From: Prochlorococcus sp. scB243_495D8
GTDB lineage: Bacteria; Cyanobacteriota; Cyanobacteriia; PCC-6307; Cyanobiaceae
Length of the DNA stretch: 64,000 bases
Direction: 5' to 3'
Assembly (NCBI GenBank): GCA_000634195.1
Contig: JFLT01000015.1
Span: 148,858 to 212,857 of the forward strand
Shown: piece by piece, positions 56,833 to 63,922 of the stretch
Position numbering within the stretch: position 1 is the stretch's first letter
Layout of the letters: every line of letters begins with the position of its first letter
The notes under the pieces: generated by a model
The model's database searches: none
Seen by the model: the letters and a program-made list of their open reading frames with translations, nothing else
What the model was told of the DNA's origin: nothing
Program-made: the position numbers and the translations under genes

Positions 56833-57018
56833 CTAGAACCACCATTTTCTGTAAGGCTTTTTTAAAAATAAGATTTCTTCAGTCTCCCATCCTCCCTCTA
56901 ACCATTCAAGATGCTCAAGTAATAGAGACTCACTTTCCCTTTTGCTTAATTTCCCAATTCTATTAGCAATACCATCGAACCTTACTTTCATCAATTCCTC
57001 AATCTTGATATTATTCAT
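56833..57018 (-). CDS. Hypothetical small protein
   Basis: 61-aa ORF with ATG start, EH.EWL motif. Confidence 0.6.
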   Translation of the reverse strand: MNNIKIEELMKVRFDGIANRIGKLSKRESESLLLEHLEWLEGGWETEEILFLKKPYRKWWF

Positions 57019-57200
57019 AGGTTAAATAATAAATTTTTTCTACTCTTACTTGTATACATTTTCTTGTCAACGATTTAATTTTATTTATTTACTAGCAGTT
57101 CTTAAATATGTATTCAATACAACTTTTTGAAATAGATAGTAATTAAGACTTATTCACATAGATTTAATTAAAGACTAATTTATATAAAAATACTCTAACT

Positions 57201-57344
57201 ATGAATAAAGAAGAAACATCAAAGCAAAAAACTATTTTAAATGTAGGCTATTGTGAAACGACCTCTGAATGGCTCAACAGAATCATTACTGAACTGGCAG
57301 ATGAAAATAAAAATTTTGTAGATTTGTCAGTTATTTGTGCTTAA
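57201..57344 (+). CDS. Microprotein (47 aa)
   Basis: MNKEETSKQKTILNVGYCETTSEWLNRIITELADENKNFVDLSVICA, translated by hand. Confidence 0.5.
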   Translation: MNKEETSKQKTILNVGYCETTSEWLNRIITELADENKNFVDLSVICA

Positions 57345-57426
57345 TTTTTTAGAAAATATAGTTTATTTTGATTTATTTTCATTTAGCTTTTAAGTATAAA
57401 AGAAATTTAAAAGATATTTTTGTGAT

Positions 57427-57894
57427 GTGAATCCTAATAAAAAAAACATAGAAATAATTAAACAATTCAATTTATCTCCTCATCCTGAGGGTGGATGGTT
57501 TAGAGAGATAGTAAGGAGTGAGAATTCTCTAATAAGGGAAGATGGCCAAAGTAGAAACTTTATTACGGGAATTTATTATCTTTTGGAGAGAGATGCAAAA
57601 AGTGCTTGGCACAGAGTAAAAAATGCTGATGAAATTTGGATTTATTTAAGGGGCGATCCTTTGAATTTATGGTGCCTAGATAATGATAATAAGTTAATAA
57701 GAAATTTAATTTTAGATTCCAATAATCCAGTAGAAATGATCCCATCTGGATATTGGCAAGCTGCAAAAAGTACAGGCGAATTTACTTTAGTGAGTTGTTG
57801 TGTTGGCCCTGGCTTTGATTTTAAGGATTTTGAATTACTCAGAAATACAAATCATACTTCTAGATTGGATAAAGCAATTAATGATCTTATTTGA
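57427..57894 (+). CDS. Cupin_5 (DUF985) family protein
   Basis: L.PHPEGG.FRE, IYYLL, WHRV..DE.W, W.AA, LVSC.V.PGFDF.DF. Confidence 0.9.
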   Translation: MNPNKKNIEIIKQFNLSPHPEGGWFREIVRSENSLIREDGQSRNFITGIYYLLERDAKSAWHRVKNADEIWIYLRGDPLNLWCLDNDNKLIRNLILDSNNPVEMIPSGYWQAAKSTGEFTLVSCCVGPGFDFKDFELLRNTNHTSRLDKAINDLI

Positions 57895-57964
57895 GACATT
57901 TTTTTGTTTATATTTTTGAAATTATCCTCTAGATTTATAAGGCTACTCAATTAATCTATATTTA

Positions 57965-58342
57965 ATGAATCAAAATTCTGTCAAAACAATTGGTATTAAT
58001 GATGAACCAAGAAAAGATTCATACTTAGTATATGTAAATCAGGCTGATGGATTAAAAGGCATCCTGAATAGGGATTTTGATGAATGGTCGAATTTTGATA
58101 GTTGGGAAAGTATTTCAGTTGAGCAATGGATTTTTTCTAGAGCTTTAGAGGTTTTCAGAGGTAAGAAAATTGATATTAAATGCGACTGTTGTGAATATAA
58201 TGATTTAATCCCAAATGATTTTGAGAGTATTAAAAAAGAAAAATGTTTTGGTAAAAAAAGTGCTTACATGATTGAAAAAGTTGTAGATGAAATCGTATTA
58301 GCTAAGGCAAGAAGAGAAAGTGATGGAACATATTCTGCGTAA
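57965..58342 (+). CDS. Hypothetical Cys-containing protein
   Basis: 125-aa ORF, KCDCC and CFGKK motifs. Confidence 0.7.
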   Translation: MNQNSVKTIGINDEPRKDSYLVYVNQADGLKGILNRDFDEWSNFDSWESISVEQWIFSRALEVFRGKKIDIKCDCCEYNDLIPNDFESIKKEKCFGKKSAYMIEKVVDEIVLAKARRESDGTYSA

Positions 58343-58378
58343 GATTCATAAATATCTACGAAGTGAAAAATCTTTTAT

Positions 58379-58561
58379 TTACCAGTGAAAATTATCTGAA
58401 GAACCAATCGTTAAATTTCTAGTAGACATCTTATGGAACTTAAAGTGTACCGAATCACTGAACTCCTTTTCATCTGAGTAATTCACAAGATCCACTGGGT
58501 CGATGTTTTCATCGAACCATGCATCATATTCAATATGGTTTGGTTCAGCAAAATAACTCAT
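58379..58561 (-). CDS. Small acidic protein, paralog of 62566-62766
   Basis: M(S/T)YFAEPN.IEYD.WFD.NI..VDL.NYSDE.EF shared with the second copy. Confidence 0.75.
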   Translation of the reverse strand: MSYFAEPNHIEYDAWFDENIDPVDLVNYSDEKEFSDSVHFKFHKMSTRNLTIGSSDNFHW

Positions 58562-58701
58562 ATCAAATTAATAGCTTTCAAAAAACGTATAAACGGTACA
58601 TGCTATACCAAATTAAAATTCTTAATTTTTAGATAATCTATATTTTTAACTTGTTTATCAAGATTAGTTGCTAAAAAGATAGGAGAAATATCTATAAATT
58701 C

Positions 58702-59055
58702 ATGTCTCTCGATACATCCATGGTTTCTATCCATCCCCACTTCACAATCAAGGATGGGAAGATGGACCAGTGCATAGCTCTTTTAGAAGAAATTTTGGCA
58801 CTAACAAAAGCTAATGAACCAGACTGCCTTTTTTTTAATATCACTACATGCGGGTCAGATAAGGCTTATGTAAGAGAGGCATATAAAGATGGTGCCGCTG
58901 CTTTATTTCATCTCAAAAATATGGGACATATGATTCCTAAGCTTTTTGAAGTGTCAGATATTACTGTGCAGGTCCAAGGCCCTGCCAAGGAGATTGAACC
59001 CTTGAAGGAAATACTGCCTCAAGCTGATTTCTATGAAGCAATATCTGGATTTTGA
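58702..59055 (+). CDS. Antibiotic-biosynthesis-monooxygenase-like (dimeric alpha+beta barrel) protein
   Basis: F.IK.GK, T..NEP.CL.F, REAY.D..A..FH, V.GP pattern. Confidence 0.7.
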   Translation: MSLDTSMVSIHPHFTIKDGKMDQCIALLEEILALTKANEPDCLFFNITTCGSDKAYVREAYKDGAAALFHLKNMGHMIPKLFEVSDITVQVQGPAKEIEPLKEILPQADFYEAISGF

Positions 59056-59068
59056 TTTAGATTATATA

Positions 59069-59083
59069 TATTGACAGTCGATC
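59069..59083 (+). repeat. 15-bp direct repeat copy 1 (TATTGACAGTCGATC)
   Basis: Identical to 59537-59551; 13 nt after the stop of 58702-59055. Confidence 0.9.
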
Positions 59084-59086
59084 GCT

Positions 59087-59110
59087 GGGGGCTTTTAGCC
59101 CCCTTTTTTT
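59087..59110 (+). terminator. Intrinsic terminator
   Basis: GGGGGCT-TTT-AGCCCCC-TTTTTTT. Confidence 0.85.
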
Positions 59111-59187
59111 ATTTAGGAATTCAAAATAAATTAATCTTCCCTATACTTTTATAAAGTAACTTTATTATCAGCTTAAATATTATTTTT

Positions 59188-59535
59188 ATGGCATCAACTT
59201 TTTATATTGTTCATCATGAATTTAAGGCAGGAAAAGCTGAAAAATGGTGGGAAACAGCTTATGCCGCAATGTCACCAGGTGGTGGATGGGATGATGCGGT
59301 AGCAGCTAATAAAGAAAAAGGATTTTTTAACCATTCGGCAAATGCCGTAACTAAAACTGGTCCTGTGTATTGTTTTTGGGAAGTAAAAGAGGGTATCTCT
59401 GCTGAAGATTTTCAGGAGTTTATAGATGGACCCTCTGGTCCAGGGTTCGGACAAGATGCTCTGATGAATATCTGTAAACCAATTGATACATCATTAATGA
59501 ATGGACAAACACCTTATCCACCAGTTTTTTCTTGA
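59188..59535 (+). CDS. Hypothetical small alpha/beta protein
   Basis: 115-aa ORF, HHEFK.G...WW, C.WE, FQ.FID.P motifs. Confidence 0.8.
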   Translation: MASTFYIVHHEFKAGKAEKWWETAYAAMSPGGGWDDAVAANKEKGFFNHSANAVTKTGPVYCFWEVKEGISAEDFQEFIDGPSGPGFGQDALMNICKPIDTSLMNGQTPYPPVFS

Positions 59536-59536
59536 T

Positions 59537-59551
59537 TATTGACAGTCGATC
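59537..59551 (+). repeat. 15-bp direct repeat copy 2 (TATTGACAGTCGATC)
   Basis: Identical to 59069-59083; 1 nt after the stop of 59188-59535. Confidence 0.9.
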
Positions 59552-59578
59552 TAAAATAAATAGCAATTAGTTTTTTTT

Positions 59579-59863
59579 ATGACTATTGAAACTACTGTTT
59601 TCACCTTTAAACTTTCAAATACATTTGAGGAATGGGTAGAAATGTTTGATAGCCCAGAGATAGATGCATTTCATAAAACGGTAGGACTTACTCCTCTATA
59701 TCGTGGCAAAAGTTTAATTGATCCAAAAGAAGTTATTGTTATTCATCAAGCTGAAGAAGGTGTGGCTAAGCATGTTTTTTCAGATCCTGAAACCATTAAG
59801 AATATAGAATCTGGAGGACATATTTATAGCACAACGAAAATCACAAGTTGGGTTTCTGATTAG
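59579..59863 (+). CDS. DUF3764-family protein
   Basis: ET.V..F.LSN.F.EW...FD, G..PLYRG.S..DP..V.VIHQA.EG, IE..GH pattern. Confidence 0.8.
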   Translation: MTIETTVFTFKLSNTFEEWVEMFDSPEIDAFHKTVGLTPLYRGKSLIDPKEVIVIHQAEEGVAKHVFSDPETIKNIESGGHIYSTTKITSWVSD

Positions 59864-59989
59864 TCGAAAAAGTAACTATGCAAACTTATACATGTTTAAT
59901 TCGGAACAGGAGTTCTATATCAGATCTTTAAAAACTAAATTAGGATATAACTGAGTTTAAGGATTAAGAGTATTAACTCATTAGTTCGA

Positions 59990-60109
59990 CTAAATTATTA
60001 ATAAGAATCTGAGTGCAAGCGGTAACCACAGGCATAGAAGAAGCATTAGTAAAAGAGTAATAGCATGGATATTTGGAATGTAATGCTCTTTTAAAATTTG
60101 TGTTTTCAT
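59990..60109 (-). CDS. Single-TM microprotein (39 aa)
   Basis: MKTQILKEHYIPNIHAITLLLMLLLCLWLPLALRFLLII; TAG stop inside TTAGTCGAA. Confidence 0.45.
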   Translation of the reverse strand: MKTQILKEHYIPNIHAITLLLMLLLCLWLPLALRFLLII

Positions 60110-60112
60110 AAT

Positions 60113-60202
60113 TTATCTCGCCTTCTTAAGTTTGATTTCTCTTCTGATAAGCAACGCTATTACCACAACACACATGTTCATTAGAAATACGTCTAATGGC
60201 AT
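60113..60202 (-). CDS. Single-TM microprotein (29 aa)
   Basis: MPLDVFLMNMCVVVIALLIRREIKLKKAR; stop 3 nt before the next ATG. Confidence 0.55.
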   Translation of the reverse strand: MPLDVFLMNMCVVVIALLIRREIKLKKAR

Positions 60203-60343
60203 TTTTTAAAAAAGTCTCTATTTAATTAATAGCAAGATTATTGATCTACGAATCAATAAATGATTACAAATGTTTATTGGCTTAATAAAAGGAATTTAAA
60301 AATTAAATTTATGCTTAAATATCTCAGTTCTCATAACTATTAA

Positions 60344-60643
60344 ATGGCTTATTCAGAAACAAGAATAGTAATAGGTGGACTGGCCCATGTACCTGTTCTT
60401 ATCTTTATAGCCAATTTTATAAAAAGTAAGTTTGGAATTAAAACTGAAGAGACAAAAGATACTGTAGTTAAAGAAGAGCCTGTTAAAATTATTGAGCTAA
60501 AAAATACCGTAGTTAAAGAAGGAAAAGCAGAAACTTTAAAAGAACTTTCAAATAAGCTTGATAATATTGAACAGAAGGCTGATGAGGTTTATGAAAAGGT
60601 AAAGAAGAAAAAGAAAGATAAGAAGAAGAAGAAAAAAAAATAA
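60344..60643 (+). CDS. Membrane-anchored protein with poly-Lys tail
   Basis: N-terminal IVIGGLAHVPVLIFI helix; ends KKKKKDKKKKKK. Confidence 0.7.
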   Translation: MAYSETRIVIGGLAHVPVLIFIANFIKSKFGIKTEETKDTVVKEEPVKIIELKNTVVKEGKAETLKELSNKLDNIEQKADEVYEKVKKKKKDKKKKKKK

Positions 60644-60857
60644 CTAAATTGAGACTCTATCAAGCATCAATATATCTTGAGCTTGGATTGTATCTCTCTT
60701 ATCTTCGTCTGCGGGATCTCTATAAGATTCAATTTCAGCTTGAATTTTTCTCTTATAAACTCCTTTGATATAGTCCATTTCTCTTTTGTCTTTGTCTAGA
60801 ATTGAGAATGGTGATCTTTTAAAATTCGTAACTTTCTCCTAAATAAATAAAATTTAA

Positions 60858-60995
60858 TCAGCTCCAGTTTTTATCAGATTCAACAAAGCTATCCAATGTT
60901 TGCTGATTCCTGATTTCTTCCTCAAGAAGTTCTTCTTCTGATCTTTCTTCAATCTCAGATTTATATTCTTCTTTTAGTGTGGATTTGGTAGACAT
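60858..60995 (-). CDS. Acidic microprotein (45 aa)
   Basis: MSTKSTLKEEYKSEIEERSEEELLEEEIRNQQTLDSFVESDKNWS, translated by hand. Confidence 0.5.
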   Translation of the reverse strand: MSTKSTLKEEYKSEIEERSEEELLEEEIRNQQTLDSFVESDKNWS

Positions 60996-61138
60996 TTGCT
61001 CATGACGACTACATCTATGTTCTAACTAGTTAGAGAGGTCATTCGACTAATAAATATGTACGGTTTGAGGTACTCTCATATACGGATAAAGGATCAACAA
61101 TTGAATATGTATATGGGTAAGATGTAGAAAATTTTAGA

Positions 61139-61225
61139 TCAATTTTTACTTTTTAAAATCATAAGTAAAGGCAGACCAATAAGCATCAAACTCCCATCAA
61201 TTAATAAAAAAGTATTCAGGTTCAT
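61139..61225 (-). CDS. Single-TM microprotein (28 aa)
   Basis: MNLNTFLLIDGSLMLIGLPLLMILKSKN; ATGA overlap with the stop of 61222-61425. Confidence 0.45.
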   Translation of the reverse strand: MNLNTFLLIDGSLMLIGLPLLMILKSKN

Positions 61226-61425
61226 TTATCAATTCCTTCAGAAGTGTCCCAATTGAGAGAAATTCCTTTTTTAATTGGTTGTTTTTTCATATCATCCACC
61301 TCTTTTCTGATTTTGTTGTAGTAGGCCAACTCTTCTGGATCATCAGAACCCAGACCATAATTCATGGTCGCTGCAAGATAAATTCTATGCATTCGGTATG
61401 ACGATAGTGGCATTACTAAAGACAA
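61222..61425 (-). CDS. Hypothetical small protein
   Basis: MHRIYLAATM.YGLGSDDPEE.AYY segment; start may be the internal ATG. Confidence 0.7.
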   Translation of the reverse strand: MSLVMPLSSYRMHRIYLAATMNYGLGSDDPEELAYYNKIRKEVDDMKKQPIKKGISLNWDTSEGIDK

Positions 61426-61501
61426 ACTATATTAAACATATATGAATTCTAGTTAAAATGCTGATCTACGAAATTTCAGTTATATTAATCAATTGCTCAA
61501 G

Positions 61502-61547
61502 TGCCCTCGTCGGGACTTGAACCCGAGGCCTCTCCCTTACCAAGGGA
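61502..61547 (-). pseudogene. 3' half of tRNA-Thr(GGT): att-site duplication
   Basis: Minus strand TCCCTT-GGT-AAGGGAGAGGCCTCGGGTTCAAGTCCCGACGAGGGCA = anticodon arm, T arm and acceptor 3' strand; no D arm or 5' strand. Confidence 0.9.
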
Positions 61548-61616
61548 AATTTTTATATACTAAAGCTATTGGTATGACTGATGTTAATTGGTATATATTA
61601 CTAAGTATTAACTATT

Positions 61617-61689
61617 TAGTGCGATAACTAGTGCGAAGAGAATTAAAGATAAATAAATTGGCGAGGTACTAGTTCTATTAATAGTTCTA
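61617..61689 (+). repeat. Two pairs of 8-bp direct repeats with 12-bp period
   Basis: TAGTGCGA at 61617 and 61629; TAGTTCTA at 61670 and 61682. Confidence 0.8.
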
Positions 61690-61883
61690 CAAAAATCTTT
61701 GATTATATTCAGGCTAACTAAAATAATAATTAAGATTAGGGTAAGCTAAGCCATAACCCCTTGTTAGAACTAAATTTATTCTACAAATCTATAATATTTA
61801 ATGCTATAAATACAGTAGTTACACCTACTTTATGTCTTTTTTTGAGCAAGAGCTAGATGCAAAGATGGGCAAATCAAATAGTA

Positions 61884-62228
61884 ATGCCTAAAAGAGCAAC
61901 TAAACAGGAAACTGAATTAAGGGTTGCACATGCTGCTGAATTAGTTGCTGAAGGACAAGCCTATTCATCTATTACTTCCCTTGTTGCCGCAAAATATGGA
62001 ATCACAAGAAGAAGAGCCAGGCAGATCACTTCGAATGCTTATCTTTTATTGAAAAATGATATTGAGGAAGGGGACTTAAATCGCCCTGAAATGACAGCGA
62101 AATTAGTATGTACATTAGAAAATGCAATGCATAGAGCAATGAGAGAAAAACAATATTCTGCAGTTGCAAGTAATGCAAAAGTCCTTATGAAATTAATAGG
62201 TTTAGAAGCAAAAACACAAATTAGATAA
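61884..62228 (+). CDS. HTH protein, terminase small subunit-like
   Basis: MPKRAT start; N-terminal HTH (A.KYGIT.R.A..I); C-terminal A.....SAV....K.L.KL.GL helix pair; 110 aa upstream of stop is typical size. Confidence 0.55.
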   Translation: MPKRATKQETELRVAHAAELVAEGQAYSSITSLVAAKYGITRRRARQITSNAYLLLKNDIEEGDLNRPEMTAKLVCTLENAMHRAMREKQYSAVASNAKVLMKLIGLEAKTQIR

Positions 62229-62565
62229 TTACTTTTTATTAAAAATATAACTTGCAAAAATCCCTTTCTTTTTGTTTCTTTTTTTTTCTTTTAAACAATT
62301 CATAACTTGCTTATAACTTTAAAATGTGATTCTAATAATGCATTCAATTCTTCTAAAGCGAAGCAGTGGTCTTGGATGCAATTTTTTATAGTATGCAAAA
62401 AGTAAACTAATCATTTTTTTAAATTAAAATAATATTTTATTTTTTCTTATTCGTATCTTATTTAATTCTTAAAGAAGAGTTCATTTAATCTTTTAAGCTA
62501 TAGGTAGATTCTATATTATCCTCACACGAAATAGAGAAGCTTTTTCTTTTTGAAATAAATTTGGT

Positions 62566-62766
62566 ATGACTTATTTTGCAGAGCCAAATTACATAGAATA
62601 TGACCTGTGGTTTGATTCAAATATTAATGCAGTTGATTTAATTAACTATTCAGATGAAAATGAATTTTGTAATTTTACGCATAAAAAATTCCATAAGATA
62701 TCAAGTTTAAATTTAGTTATTGGTTCCTCAAAATATAAACAAATGATGATTTTTTCTTTTTTATAA
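62566..62766 (+). CDS. Small acidic protein, paralog of 58379-58561
   Basis: Same YFAEPN.IEYD.WFD and FHK.S..NL.IGSS motifs. Confidence 0.72.
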   Translation: MTYFAEPNYIEYDLWFDSNINAVDLINYSDENEFCNFTHKKFHKISSLNLVIGSSKYKQMMIFSFL

Positions 62767-62879
62767 TTACCTTGCAGAGTTAATGCATTCCTTTATTGTT
62801 TTATCTCTCTGATTCTGGCATAGCAAAAGTAAATTTTTTGATATAAATTTTTAAGGCATTAAGCACTAAAGTTTAATTA

Positions 62880-63119
62880 TCAAAGAGCTAAATCGCAATA
62901 ATTTCCAGCACTCATATTTACTGAATTTTGTGAAGTAATTCTTTCTAAGTTTTTATTTAAATTATTAGCTTGATTAGAAGCCGAATAAAATCCAACTGTT
63001 AAAAAAACAAGTGTGATAGAAGTTACGATTGTGCTGAACTGGATAACTCCATCTGCCAGAATAGCTGGAGTTTTTAGAGATAAAATAGCTTTTTTTCTCT
63101 TTGCTTTTGATTTTGCCAT
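62880..63119 (-). CDS. Hypothetical single-TM protein
   Basis: Basic N-terminus, one TM helix, 79 aa. Confidence 0.6.
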   Translation of the reverse strand: MAKSKAKRKKAILSLKTPAILADGVIQFSTIVTSITLVFLTVGFYSASNQANNLNKNLERITSQNSVNMSAGNYCDLAL

Positions 63120-63406
63120 AATGTTAACCTTTACTTAAATTTTTCTTAAGTTATTTTTAATAATAAGTAAAAAAAATAATTTGTCAGTTAGTAAATTTAC
63201 TCATTTTGATGAGTCGTTCGAATCGAGAAATCTTAATATTTTCAACTATTAATTTATATTGACCTTAAAATTAATAGCTTCTTTAAATTTTTAAGCGTCT
63301 TGACTTTCTTTAAACAAATTTATTTTTAAATTAATTACCTCTTAATTTTCGTTACTTACTTTAAATTTATCGACTAAATATTGACGCCTTATTTAGCTGA
63401 TTTCAT

Positions 63407-63706
63407 ATGAACAAATTAAATATTTATAAAACAAAAACAATAAACTTTTTAAGAAAATATTCATTAAATATTTTTATGGCTATTGTAGCTATCAATTCAT
63501 ATTCTATTTCAAGTACTCTTAAAGAAAATAGAAATATTTTAAATGAAAATGTAAAGTTACTAAGATATAAAGAGATTTGCGCGAGATATTATACTTTTTA
63601 TTCTTCTGGAACTGATGAGCAGGCAGAAAGTAGAGAGGAATTGACAGCTTCTTTGTTAGATGTTCCATTGGAGCTTGTTGATACTTTTTGCCAAAGGATG
63701 ATATAG
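63407..63706 (+). CDS. Hypothetical membrane-anchored protein with two Cys
   Basis: N-terminal hydrophobic helix, CARY...FC pair similar in layout to 46768-47007. Confidence 0.65.
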   Translation: MNKLNIYKTKTINFLRKYSLNIFMAIVAINSYSISSTLKENRNILNENVKLLRYKEICARYYTFYSSGTDEQAESREELTASLLDVPLELVDTFCQRMI

Positions 63707-63922
63707 ATATTTTTCTCTTAATAAATTGAGAATTTTTAAAATGTTTTTTGCACCGTATTGAAAATGAAATGTAGTATTTTAAATTTTTGCAGATAGTTAT
63801 GATTTAATTAAACGTTTATAATTTTATTATCGTATTTTTTAAAATTAAATTTAAAAATGGTTTAATTATCAAAATATATGATGTAATTTTAAGTAAATTT
63901 AAAAAAATTATATATTTTTAAA

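Noticed and set aside
60645..60840. Minus-strand ORF MDYIKGVYKRKIQAEIESY...
   Set aside because: Unclear start and no motif; could be a gene fragment but cannot be supported
36672..62257. Shadow ORFs at 36672, 40223, 43013, 43426, 43732, 48157, 52565, 57563, 59272, 62039
   Set aside because: Overlap stronger genes on the opposite strand or another frame
62518..62527. ATCCTCACAC, similar to the Yfr1 loop motif ACTCCTCACAC
   Set aside because: Partial match only, without the two flanking GC-rich hairpins of Yfr1
63211..63228. GTTCGAATC T-loop-like word as a second tRNA fragment
   Set aside because: Only a 3-bp stem and no acceptor or anticodon arm
59069..63378. CRISPR array or classical integron attC sites
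   Set aside because: Repeats are 9-15 nt, irregularly spaced and in both orientations; no RYYYAAC...GTTRRRY hairpins, cas genes or integron integrase seen
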